A DNA stretch of 64,000 nt from a bacterium (GTDB taxonomy: Bacteria > Fidelibacterota > Fidelibacteria > Fidelibacterales > Fidelibacteraceae). The translations under genes were made by a program, and so were the position numbers. The stretch is from positions 1,312,001-1,376,000 of the forward strand of contig OY781066.1 of NCBI GenBank assembly GCA_963676395.1. The letters are read 5' to 3'. Positions 49,202 to 58,614 of this stretch are shown in pieces; the stretch's first letter is position 1; each line of letters starts with the position of its first letter. The notes below the pieces were generated by a model. That model ran no database searches and was not told the origin of the DNA. It saw nothing but the letters and a program-made list of their open reading frames with translations.

Positions 49202-51466
49202 CTAATTTAAAACTGTTGTTGATGGTCCGGTAATAAGTGAAGATTTTGTAATATTTGATGCGCGATAGGCTACTTTAACAGATGTTACTTCATACTGCTT
49301 ATCTAGGGTGAAATAGACAGTTTTTGTCTCGTTATTTCGATTTAAATGCTGATTAAAGCGCATGCCGAAGGTATTGGTTTCGTTATCTAAGGCTATGAGT
49401 CCGCTATAGATGTTGCTGGCAGCAATAACATTATGTTCATTGCTCATTTCAAGGACCCAATAGGTCAGATCAAATTGAGCTGTTCCATCACTGCTTACAC
49501 GGTAATACCATGTAGAGGTTCCATCATTGTTATTGGTGTGTTGGATATATTCAAATTGATATCCGTAAATATCCGCAATATTATTTTCAAAATATAGCTT
49601 CCATAAGCTGTGGGCAATACCGGGAGCCCAGTTTAAATCTCCATTTGTTGTATGGGTTTGCAAACATTCATAGATATTACCCTGATAGCTGACTTTATCA
49701 CCAATATAATATGTTTTATTTAGGCTGATCCATTCTTCGGTTTCGTTTTCTTGATGCCCTAATAAAATATTGATCTTATCGTTTTCGTTTGAAGTGCCAA
49801 AGTTTCCACTTAGTTCAAGAATACCTCTTAGTTCAAAACCTTCAGACACATCAAATCCGGTAATATTCCAGGTTTTCCAGCCGTTTCCTTCGAAAGAACC
49901 AACAGGAACATCGTTAATATATACATTTTTGAAAACAATATCTGCAGAATTGGTTTGGCCAACAACATCTAATTGCATAATGTTTATCTCATCTCTTGGG
50001 GCTGACGCAAGATAGCTGATATCTACTTCATTATCATTGACTTTTGTTGTTAGCCTATGGGTTGATGGATCATAGGTGAAAATCAAATCATATTCACCGG
50101 GACTTGTCCATTCGAATTCGCTTTCTGTTCTATTAGAGCTTCTAGCAATATCGTGGATCCCCACATAAACTTCTTTTTTGTTGGTGTTTGAGAAGCTTTT
50201 AAATCTTGCTCCACCATATTTGCTTTTAAATTTTGCCGAACCGCTTTTTGTGATTAATTCGGTTCCCGAAAATCCGTTTCTTTGAACTTCGAGGATTTTA
50301 AACCCTCCAAAACCGGTAGCGACAAAAACCACATCATCTTTACTTTCAACAAAGTTTGTTGATGAATTGAAATTTGCACTACCATAAATCCGGATATTTT
50401 CACCGTTGAATTTCTGGCCGACATAAACACCGGCAGCACCATTGGCAATAAATACCAGATCATCATTAATGGAAACACCATTTGTTACAAAATCGATATC
50501 ATCGTAACCTTCCGAAGTTTCCGGGCAAGCCAGTTCGTAAACTAAAGAACCATCGTTTAGATTTATAACTTTTAGTCCTGCATCGTTTAAGGCCACATAA
50601 GCGTATTGCTCATCGATAGCTAAGGTTGATTTAGATTCCGGAATGGTTTCTCCTGCGATAGGATATTGATTGATAACGCTTGGGTTAGTGCTTGAAACCA
50701 CGTAAAGATTTGCCGGAGATGCCGAAAGGAAAACAAAATAATCATCTGTAACACCAACACTTCTTGCATCATTTACGGCATAAGCGCCTAAACTATCCAT
50801 GTTGCTTTGTTCATAGAATAAAAGGTTACCATCTGATCCGGTTGTTGCAAGTAGAATACCATTATAAACAAACACATCGGTTGCAACATAAGAACTTACA
50901 TCATAGACATCGGTACGGCTTGTAAGTTCACCTGCAAGATTTAAGTTCATTCGTTCCAGTATAGCCGGTGATTTTAATTCAGAGTTCAAATAAGGATTCA
51001 TTGCTCCGGCTAAGTATAGTTTGTTGTTTGAATAAGCAACAGATGAAATATCGGTGTCGGTAAAGATAGCTTGTGACACAAGAATGGGATTTTTAATATC
51101 ACTTATATCAAAGATCTCAACACCCCCAAGATAGTCTTCACCTTCACGGTTGTAGGTTACATAAGCCATGCCATCATGAATGGCTACATGAGAAGCGCGA
51201 AGTGTGAACCCTTCATATACGGGTGGATTTACTTCAGCGCGTAAAATTAGGCGGAAATCTTCCGGAATCGCAACCATTGAGGTTTTTCCAAGTGTACCCG
51301 TAAGGCTGTCCAATTCGATCTCTTCGTCTGATGTCACAATACGTCCCGCAAAATTTCTATCGTTATTATTAACTATAATTCGTCCATCTTCACTTGAAAA
51401 GAAATTACAAGAAACGATTAATAGTGATAAAATAATAAGCGAAATGATTGAAAGTTTTGTCTTCAT
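49202..51466 (-). CDS. Lipoprotein with LVIVD-type beta-propeller, CBM5/12-like chitin-binding module and an extra C-terminal domain
   Basis: Lipobox IVS-C; GGVEIFDISD, AYVA....GLKVI, FIANGAAGV repeats; W....Y..GDKVSYQG..YEC.Q.H......WAP....SLW. Confidence 0.7.
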   Translation of the reverse strand: MKTKLSIISLIILSLLIVSCNFFSSEDGRIIVNNNDRNFAGRIVTSDEEIELDSLTGTLGKTSMVAIPEDFRLILRAEVNPPVYEGFTLRASHVAIHDGMAYVTYNREGEDYLGGVEIFDISDIKNPILVSQAIFTDTDISSVAYSNNKLYLAGAMNPYLNSELKSPAILERMNLNLAGELTSRTDVYDVSSYVATDVFVYNGILLATTGSDGNLLFYEQSNMDSLGAYAVNDARSVGVTDDYFVFLSASPANLYVVSSTNPSVINQYPIAGETIPESKSTLAIDEQYAYVALNDAGLKVINLNDGSLVYELACPETSEGYDDIDFVTNGVSINDDLVFIANGAAGVYVGQKFNGENIRIYGSANFNSSTNFVESKDDVVFVATGFGGFKILEVQRNGFSGTELITKSGSAKFKSKYGGARFKSFSNTNKKEVYVGIHDIARSSNRTESEFEWTSPGEYDLIFTYDPSTHRLTTKVNDNEVDISYLASAPRDEINIMQLDVVGQTNSADIVFKNVYINDVPVGSFEGNGWKTWNITGFDVSEGFELRGILELSGNFGTSNENDKINILLGHQENETEEWISLNKTYYIGDKVSYQGNIYECLQTHTTNGDLNWAPGIAHSLWKLYFENNIADIYGYQFEYIQHTNNNDGTSTWYYRVSSDGTAQFDLTYWVLEMSNEHNVIAASNIYSGLIALDNETNTFGMRFNQHLNRNNETKTVYFTLDKQYEVTSVKVAYRASNITKSSLITGPSTTVLN

Positions 51467-51631
51467 TCTCTCTCTCCGTTAATGTTTTTTTGTTAAGCTA
51501 TTCTCTCATTTTAGTTTAACGCATAATGTTACTGGTAGTTAGATAAAATGTCAAGTATTAATATTGGAATATTATGACTGGAGTGCGTTATTTCTCCTGT
51601 AAGTTATCAACTTTATTAATTTTTAATTCTA

Positions 51632-51655
51632 TTAAAACGGACACCGAAGTGTCCG
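51632..51655 (-). terminator. Terminator with cUUCGg tetraloop after the 627-aa paralog
   Basis: Minus strand CGGACAC-ttcg-GTGTCCG followed by TTTTAA. Confidence 0.75.
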
Positions 51656-51682
51656 CTTTAATAGAAGAGTAATTTGTTATTA

Positions 51683-53566
51683 TTATACTACGGGGCTCCA
51701 TAAGCTGAGTGCTGTATCCGGGGCCCAATTCATATCGCCATTTGTTGTATGAGCTTGGATGCAGATATACTGCTGTCCATTATATTGAACAATATCATCA
51801 ATTTCGTAGCTTTGGCCATTTGATACCCATTCTTCTACAGATGTATCGCTTTCATCAATTTGGCCAATGAAGATCTCGATCTTATCCTTTTCATCTGTTC
51901 TGGAAAAGCTACCGTCAAGCTCAATAATTGCGGTGAGAACAAAGTCATTTGAAAAATCAATGTTCTTTAAAGTCCAGGTTTTTATACCGTCTCCTTCATA
52001 TGTCCCTAGTTCTTCACCGTTTAGTTTAAGGTTTTTCAATACGATTGAGGCATTTGTGCTTCTTTCGGTAATTGAAAATTCTAAAGCATTTAACTCATAT
52101 GCGGGAACTGTTCCAAGAAAAGTTCTTACAGATTCATCACCGTTGATAGTGGATGATAGATTGTGTGTGAGGGGGTCATATTCAAAACGGATATTGTGGC
52201 TTCCGGGAACAGACCATGTGTAATTTGCATCAACTCTATCTCTGCGTATACTGAGGTCACCTAAGCCAAGATAATGTTCTTTGGTATAGGTATTGGCAAA
52301 ATTGTATTTTGCACCACCGTATTGGTATGCAAAATCTGCTTTACCCTCTGTTATATTGTATTCTGTTTCAAATTCGCTGTGCTGGATCTCTAATATTTGA
52401 AAACCACCAAAACCGGTTGCCACGAAGAGTACATTATTATTACTCGTAACATAGTTGGTAGATGAGTTTAGATCAGCAGATCCATACATCTCAATCTCTG
52501 TATCACCGTATTTTTTACCTACGTAAACACCGGCAGCACCATTTGCAATGAATACTAATTCTTCGTTGACTGTTACTGCATTTGTTACAAAGTCATTTAC
52601 ATCCATACTATCGGGTGCTACGGGTTTATCAATTTCTTGCAGAATAGAACCATTTGTTAAATCAACAACTTTAAGTCCACCATCATTCATTGCGACATAA
52701 GCATAGTTACCGTCAATGGCAATTGTAGATTTGGATTCCGCTTGGGTTTCTCCACCGATTATGTATTCACTAATGGCATCCGGACTGCTTAAACTAAGTA
52801 CGTATAGGGTTGCCGGAGATGCTCCGAAAGCTGCAATATATTGGTCATTTGCAGCAACTGAACGTGCATCGTTCACTGCATTTGAGTCAAGCTTGAGCAT
52901 ATCGGTTTTATCTAGTGTTGTCAAGTGTCCATCAGATCCTGATGTGGTTAATACATATTCTCCAAAGAGAGCAACATCTGTTGCCACATATGAGCTAACA
53001 TCACTGACCTCACTATTGGTAGTTAATTCACCCAATAAATTTAGTCCGATCTTTTCAACAATGGCGGGGGATTTAAATTCTGGATTAATATCAATATTAG
53101 TAGCACCTGCAAGGTACAGATTATTATTTCCGTATGCTACAGATGATATATCAGTATCCTTAAAAATTGCTTGAGAAACCAGTACCGGATTTTCAATATC
53201 CGAAATATCAAAAATCTCAACGCCTCCTAAGTAATCCGCACCTTCACGGTTGTACGTTACATATGCCATATCATTATTTAATGTCACATGTGTCGCACGC
53301 AAGGTGAAGCCTTCATATTCGGGAGGATTAACCTCAGCTCTGAGGATCAATCTAAAATCTTTAGGTACCGACGCAATTGCTGTTTTGCCGAGAAGACCAG
53401 CCAAACTGCGCAATTGGATCTCTTCTTTAGTTTTAATAACACGACCTAGCAAATTCTTATCTCTATTGTTAACAAGAATTCTTCCGTCTTCTTCGCCATT
53501 ATTAAAACAGGAAGATAGTGTTAGTAGAACCAAAGTGAATGCTATTATTCTGTGTGTTGTCTTCAT
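51683..53566 (-). CDS. Paralogous lipoprotein with LVIVD-type propeller and C-terminal CBM5/12-like module
   Basis: Lipobox LSS-C; shares long blocks with 49202-51466 (DFRLILRAEVNPP.YEGFTLRA, ATGFGGF, HTTNGD.NWAP). Confidence 0.7.
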   Translation of the reverse strand: MKTTHRIIAFTLVLLTLSSCFNNGEEDGRILVNNRDKNLLGRVIKTKEEIQLRSLAGLLGKTAIASVPKDFRLILRAEVNPPEYEGFTLRATHVTLNNDMAYVTYNREGADYLGGVEIFDISDIENPVLVSQAIFKDTDISSVAYGNNNLYLAGATNIDINPEFKSPAIVEKIGLNLLGELTTNSEVSDVSSYVATDVALFGEYVLTTSGSDGHLTTLDKTDMLKLDSNAVNDARSVAANDQYIAAFGASPATLYVLSLSSPDAISEYIIGGETQAESKSTIAIDGNYAYVAMNDGGLKVVDLTNGSILQEIDKPVAPDSMDVNDFVTNAVTVNEELVFIANGAAGVYVGKKYGDTEIEMYGSADLNSSTNYVTSNNNVLFVATGFGGFQILEIQHSEFETEYNITEGKADFAYQYGGAKYNFANTYTKEHYLGLGDLSIRRDRVDANYTWSVPGSHNIRFEYDPLTHNLSSTINGDESVRTFLGTVPAYELNALEFSITERSTNASIVLKNLKLNGEELGTYEGDGIKTWTLKNIDFSNDFVLTAIIELDGSFSRTDEKDKIEIFIGQIDESDTSVEEWVSNGQSYEIDDIVQYNGQQYICIQAHTTNGDMNWAPDTALSLWSPVV

Positions 53567-53843
53567 TCTCTCTCCTTCATTCTCTCGTCTCTCTCTTCTT
53601 AATTAACTGAAAGTCTCTCACCACTTTCAATATTTTTTTCTCCTCTCAATGTAAAAGAGCTACTTCTCCATTGAATATTACACACTTATGCGAGATTTTG
53701 CAAGAAATAAAATCTTAAATAATCATCAAGATGAAATTAAGAAACAGTTAAAAGGAAATATTAAAATCTAAAAGAATTTTGATAGAATTCTATTTTTTAT
53801 TCGATTGTTTCATACCCGCAAATGCTAAGATGTAGATATTCGA

Positions 53844-54545
53844 TTACTGTAGGGCCTTTCGCTTCTTTTTCCAGTCGGGTATGATCGATCCAACAAGATC
53901 CCAAAATGCTTTATTGTGTGCAGGTACTTTTAAATGGCAAATCTCGTGAACAATAACATAATCGATTAACTTTGGATCTTTTTTAATCAATTCGATATTG
54001 AGTGTGATCACACCTTTGCTTGAGCAGGAGCCCCAGCGGCGTTTCATTTTGTAAAAGCGTAATGTCGTTATGGGAAGATTTAAATATTGTAATCGCTCAG
54101 TCCAATCCCGGTACATGGGTGTTATGATTTCTATCGCTTGTTTGCGATACCACGCATTCAATACCCTTTCTTTCTGCTTACGGTCAAGGGTGTCTTTTAC
54201 CTGCAATATAATATGATCGCCCTTTAGCTCTACCCTATTTTTGCCTTCTTGAACACTTAGTTTTAATGTTTTTCCAAGAAGGCTGAAGCTCTCGCCATCC
54301 TGATAGTGTTTTTCATTTTCAGGCGGGTGTTGGTCAAAGTGTTCCAGATGCTTGAGTAGCCATTTGCTTTTATTTTGCACATAATTTTCAACACTGTGTT
54401 TCGGCATGCCGAAAGGAATGCGGGCAATAACACGTTTGTCGGGATAAACTGTAAGTGTCAGTCGTTTTTTTACTGCGTATTGAAGCTCGATATCAATATC
54501 CCGATCGGAAATTTTAATTTGATAACTATTCTTGGGCATGTGCAT
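53844..54545 (-). CDS. YgjP/DUF45 (M48/SprT-like) metal-dependent hydrolase
   Basis: MKRRWGSC, YVIVHEICHL, HNKAFW. Confidence 0.88.
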   Translation of the reverse strand: MHMPKNSYQIKISDRDIDIELQYAVKKRLTLTVYPDKRVIARIPFGMPKHSVENYVQNKSKWLLKHLEHFDQHPPENEKHYQDGESFSLLGKTLKLSVQEGKNRVELKGDHIILQVKDTLDRKQKERVLNAWYRKQAIEIITPMYRDWTERLQYLNLPITTLRFYKMKRRWGSCSSKGVITLNIELIKKDPKLIDYVIVHEICHLKVPAHNKAFWDLVGSIIPDWKKKRKALQ

Positions 54546-56358
54546 CTTTTTGCTTTAGAATATTTAGAATTTCAGTGGCAAGTTTTTGGGGTATGCCGGC
54601 TTGTTTGGCAATATTTTCTGCACTGTGTTTTTTTAATTCCTGTATGGACCCAAAGGTCGTAAGCAATTTTTTTCGGCGTGTTTCGCCGATACCCGGAATG
54701 TCATCTAAGATGCTTTTTACCATGTTTTTTCCACGTTTTTTTCTGTGGAAAGTAATGGCAAAACGATGAGCCTCATCGCGAATGCGTCTCAGTAAAATGA
54801 CTGCCGGTGATGTTTTGGGAATATTTTGTGCCTGAGAATATCCGGGAATGAATACCTCTTCGAGTCGTTTAGCCAGGCCGATTACGGGGACATTGTTTAA
54901 ACCGAGATCATTGAGTACTTCTTTGGCAATGCCCAATTGTCCTTTACCACCATCAATAAGAATAAGATCCGGAAGGACGGCGTTTTCTTTCAGAAGGCGG
55001 GTATATCGCCGGGTGACTACCTCGCGCATGGACTGAAAATCGTCGGGCTTGTCCACAGATTTTACAATAAATTTTCTGTATTGTGATCGTTTTGCCGATC
55101 CGTTTTCAAAGTAAACCATAGAAGCGACAGTTTCTTTTCCTTGAAAATGTGAAATATCAAAGCCTTCGATCCGTAAAGGTGGAACGGCAAGGTTTAAAGC
55201 TTGTTGGAGGGCCTCAACCATTTTGGTTGGTTGGATCGAGAGTTTCATCTTTTGTAGCAGGATCTCTTTTAATAGCATGTCTGCATTTTTCTTGGCTAGT
55301 GTAAAGAGTTTTGCTTTTTTACCGCGCTCAGGGCGAATGATCTTGATCGAATGACCGCAAATTTTCTTAAAGTAGTCTTCAAACAGTTCAATATCATTTT
55401 CGAGCTCTATAAATACTTCTTTAGGATAGAGACTGGTATTGGAATAATACTGTCTGATGAAATCTTTTAGAATATCCTGGCGATCCTGATGTTCTACATG
55501 TTTTAAATGAAATCGTTCTCGGCCGATCAGTGATCCTTCGCGGAGACGAAAAATGGTTACAATCGCATCGTGGTCGGCAACAGCCACAGCGATAACATCT
55601 CTGCTTTTAAAATCGGTTTGTATAACAGATTGAGAGTTCGTGTATTTTTTTAATACCTGTAGCCTGTCACGAATACGAGCCGCTTTTTCGAATTGCATGT
55701 TATCCGATGCAGATATCATATCCTTATTTAGTCGCTGAATCAAGGGTTGGGTGTTTCCGTTAAGAAAACGGACAATTTCATCAATAGTTTGTGAATAGTC
55801 TTTTGCGTTTATACCACCGATGCAGGGGGCTTGACAATTTCCAAGGTGATACTGAAGGCAGGGTTCATCATTCGGGTTACCGCCATCGCTAATGTTTTTA
55901 CGACAGGTTCGGACAGGAAAAATTTTATAAATGGCACGAAGTAAACTTTTTACATGACCTTGAGCGGTATAGGGTCCATAATATTTTGATCCATCCTGTA
56001 TAACATTTCTTGTTGAAAATACACGAGGAAAGCTTTCATTGCTGATACAGATATAGGGATAAGATTTATCATCTTTCAACATGATATTGTACCGGGGCGT
56101 ATATTGTTTAATGAGATTGTTTTCAAGAAGCAGAGCTTCAACTTCGGAATCTGTGATAATCCATTCTATATCTGCAATTTTTGAAACCAATACTTGTGTT
56201 TTAGGGTCATGAGTATTTGATCTAAAATAAGAACGTACTCGATTTTTAAGTGATTTTGCTTTACCAACATAGATAATTGTACCGCTTTGATCGTGGTAAA
56301 GGTAGACTCCGGGCTTATCCGGAACAATTTTTAACTTGTTTTCTATGACGTGCATCAC
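54526..56358 (-). CDS. uvrC: Excinuclease ABC subunit C
   Basis: PGVY..YVGKAK.L..R, DDKSYPY, UVR domain, IEGFDISH, IDGGKGQL, RDEAHRFA, HhH IPGIG. Confidence 0.97.
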   Translation of the reverse strand: MMHVIENKLKIVPDKPGVYLYHDQSGTIIYVGKAKSLKNRVRSYFRSNTHDPKTQVLVSKIADIEWIITDSEVEALLLENNLIKQYTPRYNIMLKDDKSYPYICISNESFPRVFSTRNVIQDGSKYYGPYTAQGHVKSLLRAIYKIFPVRTCRKNISDGGNPNDEPCLQYHLGNCQAPCIGGINAKDYSQTIDEIVRFLNGNTQPLIQRLNKDMISASDNMQFEKAARIRDRLQVLKKYTNSQSVIQTDFKSRDVIAVAVADHDAIVTIFRLREGSLIGRERFHLKHVEHQDRQDILKDFIRQYYSNTSLYPKEVFIELENDIELFEDYFKKICGHSIKIIRPERGKKAKLFTLAKKNADMLLKEILLQKMKLSIQPTKMVEALQQALNLAVPPLRIEGFDISHFQGKETVASMVYFENGSAKRSQYRKFIVKSVDKPDDFQSMREVVTRRYTRLLKENAVLPDLILIDGGKGQLGIAKEVLNDLGLNNVPVIGLAKRLEEVFIPGYSQAQNIPKTSPAVILLRRIRDEAHRFAITFHRKKRGKNMVKSILDDIPGIGETRRKKLLTTFGSIQELKKHSAENIAKQAGIPQKLATEILNILKQKDAHAQE

Positions 56359-56362
56359 ACTT
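56341..56362. promoter_or_regulatory. Weak CRP-like site overlapping the uvrC start
   Basis: TATGA-CGTGCA-TCACA core; only 13/22 identity to the CRP consensus. Confidence 0.25.
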
Positions 56363-56581
56363 TTCTCCGACCCGTTTGCAAGGTGTCCCTAAAATTCATA
56401 CATTTGGAGCAGAAATGCAAATAAAACAGGCAGCGGAAGACAGAATATGGAGGAGCGACGAAAAGGACGAATTTTTTTACATAAGATTAACGGTAAACTT
56501 AGTGCTTGTCAGTAAGACTTAATCTCAAGTTTAATCTTAATACTCAGTTTCATACAACCCAATAAACGAAAGGAGGGGGAT

Positions 56582-56983
56582 ATGTATAGGAACTCAGCAA
56601 ACAGGGTGATCCTTGTGGGTCATATTGGTAATGAACCGACAATTCACACTCTGAAAAACGACCGGAAGGTCTCAAATTTTTCACTTGCCAGTAATTATGG
56701 TTGGCGTACTCCAAAAGGAGAGTATCAAGATCGGACCGATTGGCATCGTATTGTCTGCTGGGGTAATCTCGCCGAATATAGTCGAAAGATGCCCAAAGGT
56801 CAGCAGGTATTTGTGGAAGGATCTTTGCGAACCCGGGAGTGGGTAGATCAGGAAAACAAGAAGCATTATATCACGGAAGTGTATGCTGATATGTTAACTC
56901 CTTTAGGCAAGCGCAAAGATAAAGAACAAGAAGGTGCTGAAGCGAACCCTGAGGATAAGACCGGAGAAGAGGTACCCTTCTAG
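56582..56983 (+). CDS. ssb: Single-stranded DNA-binding protein
   Basis: NRVILVG, TDWHRIV.WG, VFVEGSL, acidic C-terminal tip EEVPF; AAGGAGG RBS. Confidence 0.93.
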   Translation: MYRNSANRVILVGHIGNEPTIHTLKNDRKVSNFSLASNYGWRTPKGEYQDRTDWHRIVCWGNLAEYSRKMPKGQQVFVEGSLRTREWVDQENKKHYITEVYADMLTPLGKRKDKEQEGAEANPEDKTGEEVPF

Positions 56984-56992
56984 AGTAATCAA

Positions 56993-57024
56993 TCACAGAG
57001 ATGCGGTTTTCCGCATCTCTGTGA
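56993..57024. terminator. 14-bp perfect hairpin after ssb
   Basis: TCACAGAGATGCGG-tttt-CCGCATCTCTGTGA; no clear U-tract. Confidence 0.6.
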
Positions 57025-57276
57025 AGTTGTTGCGAAGAAGTAAAAATTAGTCGGTAAGTAGAAAGTAAATTAGAGTGAGTATGATATCTAACAATTCATG
57101 GTTTTGAAAATTTGATCGTTAATTAGAAAATTTTTGAATTGGTTTGTGGATTGGAAAATATTCTGAATCTTTTGTTAGTAAATTATGTGCTATTTTTTAT
57201 GAAGTTTTTGAAATAGACCTTGGGTTGAATTTTGTTTTAAACATTAAAATAAAACTTTACTTACTACCGACTATCC

Positions 57277-58614
57277 TCAAATACCCCACAGCACATGAAA
57301 TTTTGCGCTGCTAAAGTCTTCTTGACTATCTAAGCCGAGTGCAAGGGTAAGTTTATTATTTCCGGTAGGGATAGAGATTCCAAGTCCAAAATGATGCAGG
57401 CTTTTATTGATACCATTGATGATCGCACCATCGTAAAATAGAAAAATGTTCATATCTCTAAAATATCCGCTTTCTAATGACCAACCTAGGTATGCAGGAC
57501 TTATGTATTGTTCAAAGTAGGCACCTCGTAAAAATCTGGCACCTCCCAGTTTGTATTGATCGTAATTTGCTATCGGGTTTTCGGATATGGCATAAGCTCC
57601 CATTAGCTTTACATTGATCCCCAGAAGGGGACCTCGATATTTTAGGTTTGCTTCAATATTATTTTTTGAGATCCGGTGTTGATTGGAAAAATGCAGTGAC
57701 GAATTAGCGTAAATGTGAGCATTGATCTTACCGGGTTTGGAATACCAGTTAATTCCAACTTTTGAGGCGCTGCGGTTTTGTGTTGTGAATAAAGAATCTG
57801 AGCCATCTTCTGAAGAACCGATATATTCATTGATGTAGTTTATTGAAAGAGTGGATCGTTGATCAATGTGATATAATAAAGATAGATCAAGATCCCGCTT
57901 TACATATGAACTGTCCTCATATCGCTGTGAGAATGCTACGGATGCTGAAAATGAGCGATTGAAAATATAGGGTTCGGTATAAGATAGGTCGATGCTGTTT
58001 ACCGCCAAGGTTGGTTGGGACCAATGAAAGCTGGCACTACGCCCAAGTCCACCTAGGTTAATTAGGTCAAGCGCTAGATTTCCTACAATGCCTTTTGAGT
58101 CTGTTTCTTCTTTATATGCCGCCATTGCATCAAAGCGGATATTTTGTTTTGCTTTAGTATACAAGCGAAGACCATTGTTATAAATATCGGCTTTATCATT
58201 AACCTCTATCAGAGGATTGCTTTTGAGCTCTTCAATCATATTCATGACAGAATTATAATGGAAGTGCCCATCTTCCGGCAGGTCGATGTAGCGGGATAAG
58301 AGACCGACCTCTCTTTGCGAATAATCTCCAAAAACAACCGTGTCAATTTGAACTTGCTCACCTTTGTTTAAACGATAATGAAAATATTCATTTTCATTTA
58401 TTTTATTATAAGAGTCAAAAATAAGCTCAGTGAAAGGATACCCTTTATTCCCTGATTGTAAAAGATAGTTATTTAAATGTAAATCCAGTTTATCCTGTGT
58501 TTCAAATTGTAAGCTATCATTTTCAACGATCAAAAAGTAGGTTGGCGTGGCACTTAAAAAGCTTACGCTTATCATTAAAAATAGAATTATATATTTCAGT
58601 CGGTGTTGCTTCAT
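57277..58614 (-). CDS. Omp85/TamA-like outer-membrane protein (POTRA-like region plus barrel)
   Basis: Signal peptide, GYPF, NLGGLGR, YTEPYIF, LGGARFLRG (the (V/I)RG(F/Y) loop), terminal beta-strand. Confidence 0.6.
   Translation of the reverse strand: MKQHRLKYIILFLMISVSFLSATPTYFLIVENDSLQFETQDKLDLHLNNYLLQSGNKGYPFTELIFDSYNKINENEYFHYRLNKGEQVQIDTVVFGDYSQREVGLLSRYIDLPEDGHFHYNSVMNMIEELKSNPLIEVNDKADIYNNGLRLYTKAKQNIRFDAMAAYKEETDSKGIVGNLALDLINLGGLGRSASFHWSQPTLAVNSIDLSYTEPYIFNRSFSASVAFSQRYEDSSYVKRDLDLSLLYHIDQRSTLSINYINEYIGSSEDGSDSLFTTQNRSASKVGINWYSKPGKINAHIYANSSLHFSNQHRISKNNIEANLKYRGPLLGINVKLMGAYAISENPIANYDQYKLGGARFLRGAYFEQYISPAYLGWSLESGYFRDMNIFLFYDGAIINGINKSLHHFGLGISIPTGNNKLTLALGLDSQEDFSSAKFHVLWGI

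Noticed and set aside
57211..57230. AAATAGACCTTGGGTTGAAT resembling half of the 30224/49093 repeat
   Set aside because: Only one degenerate arm; no hairpin.
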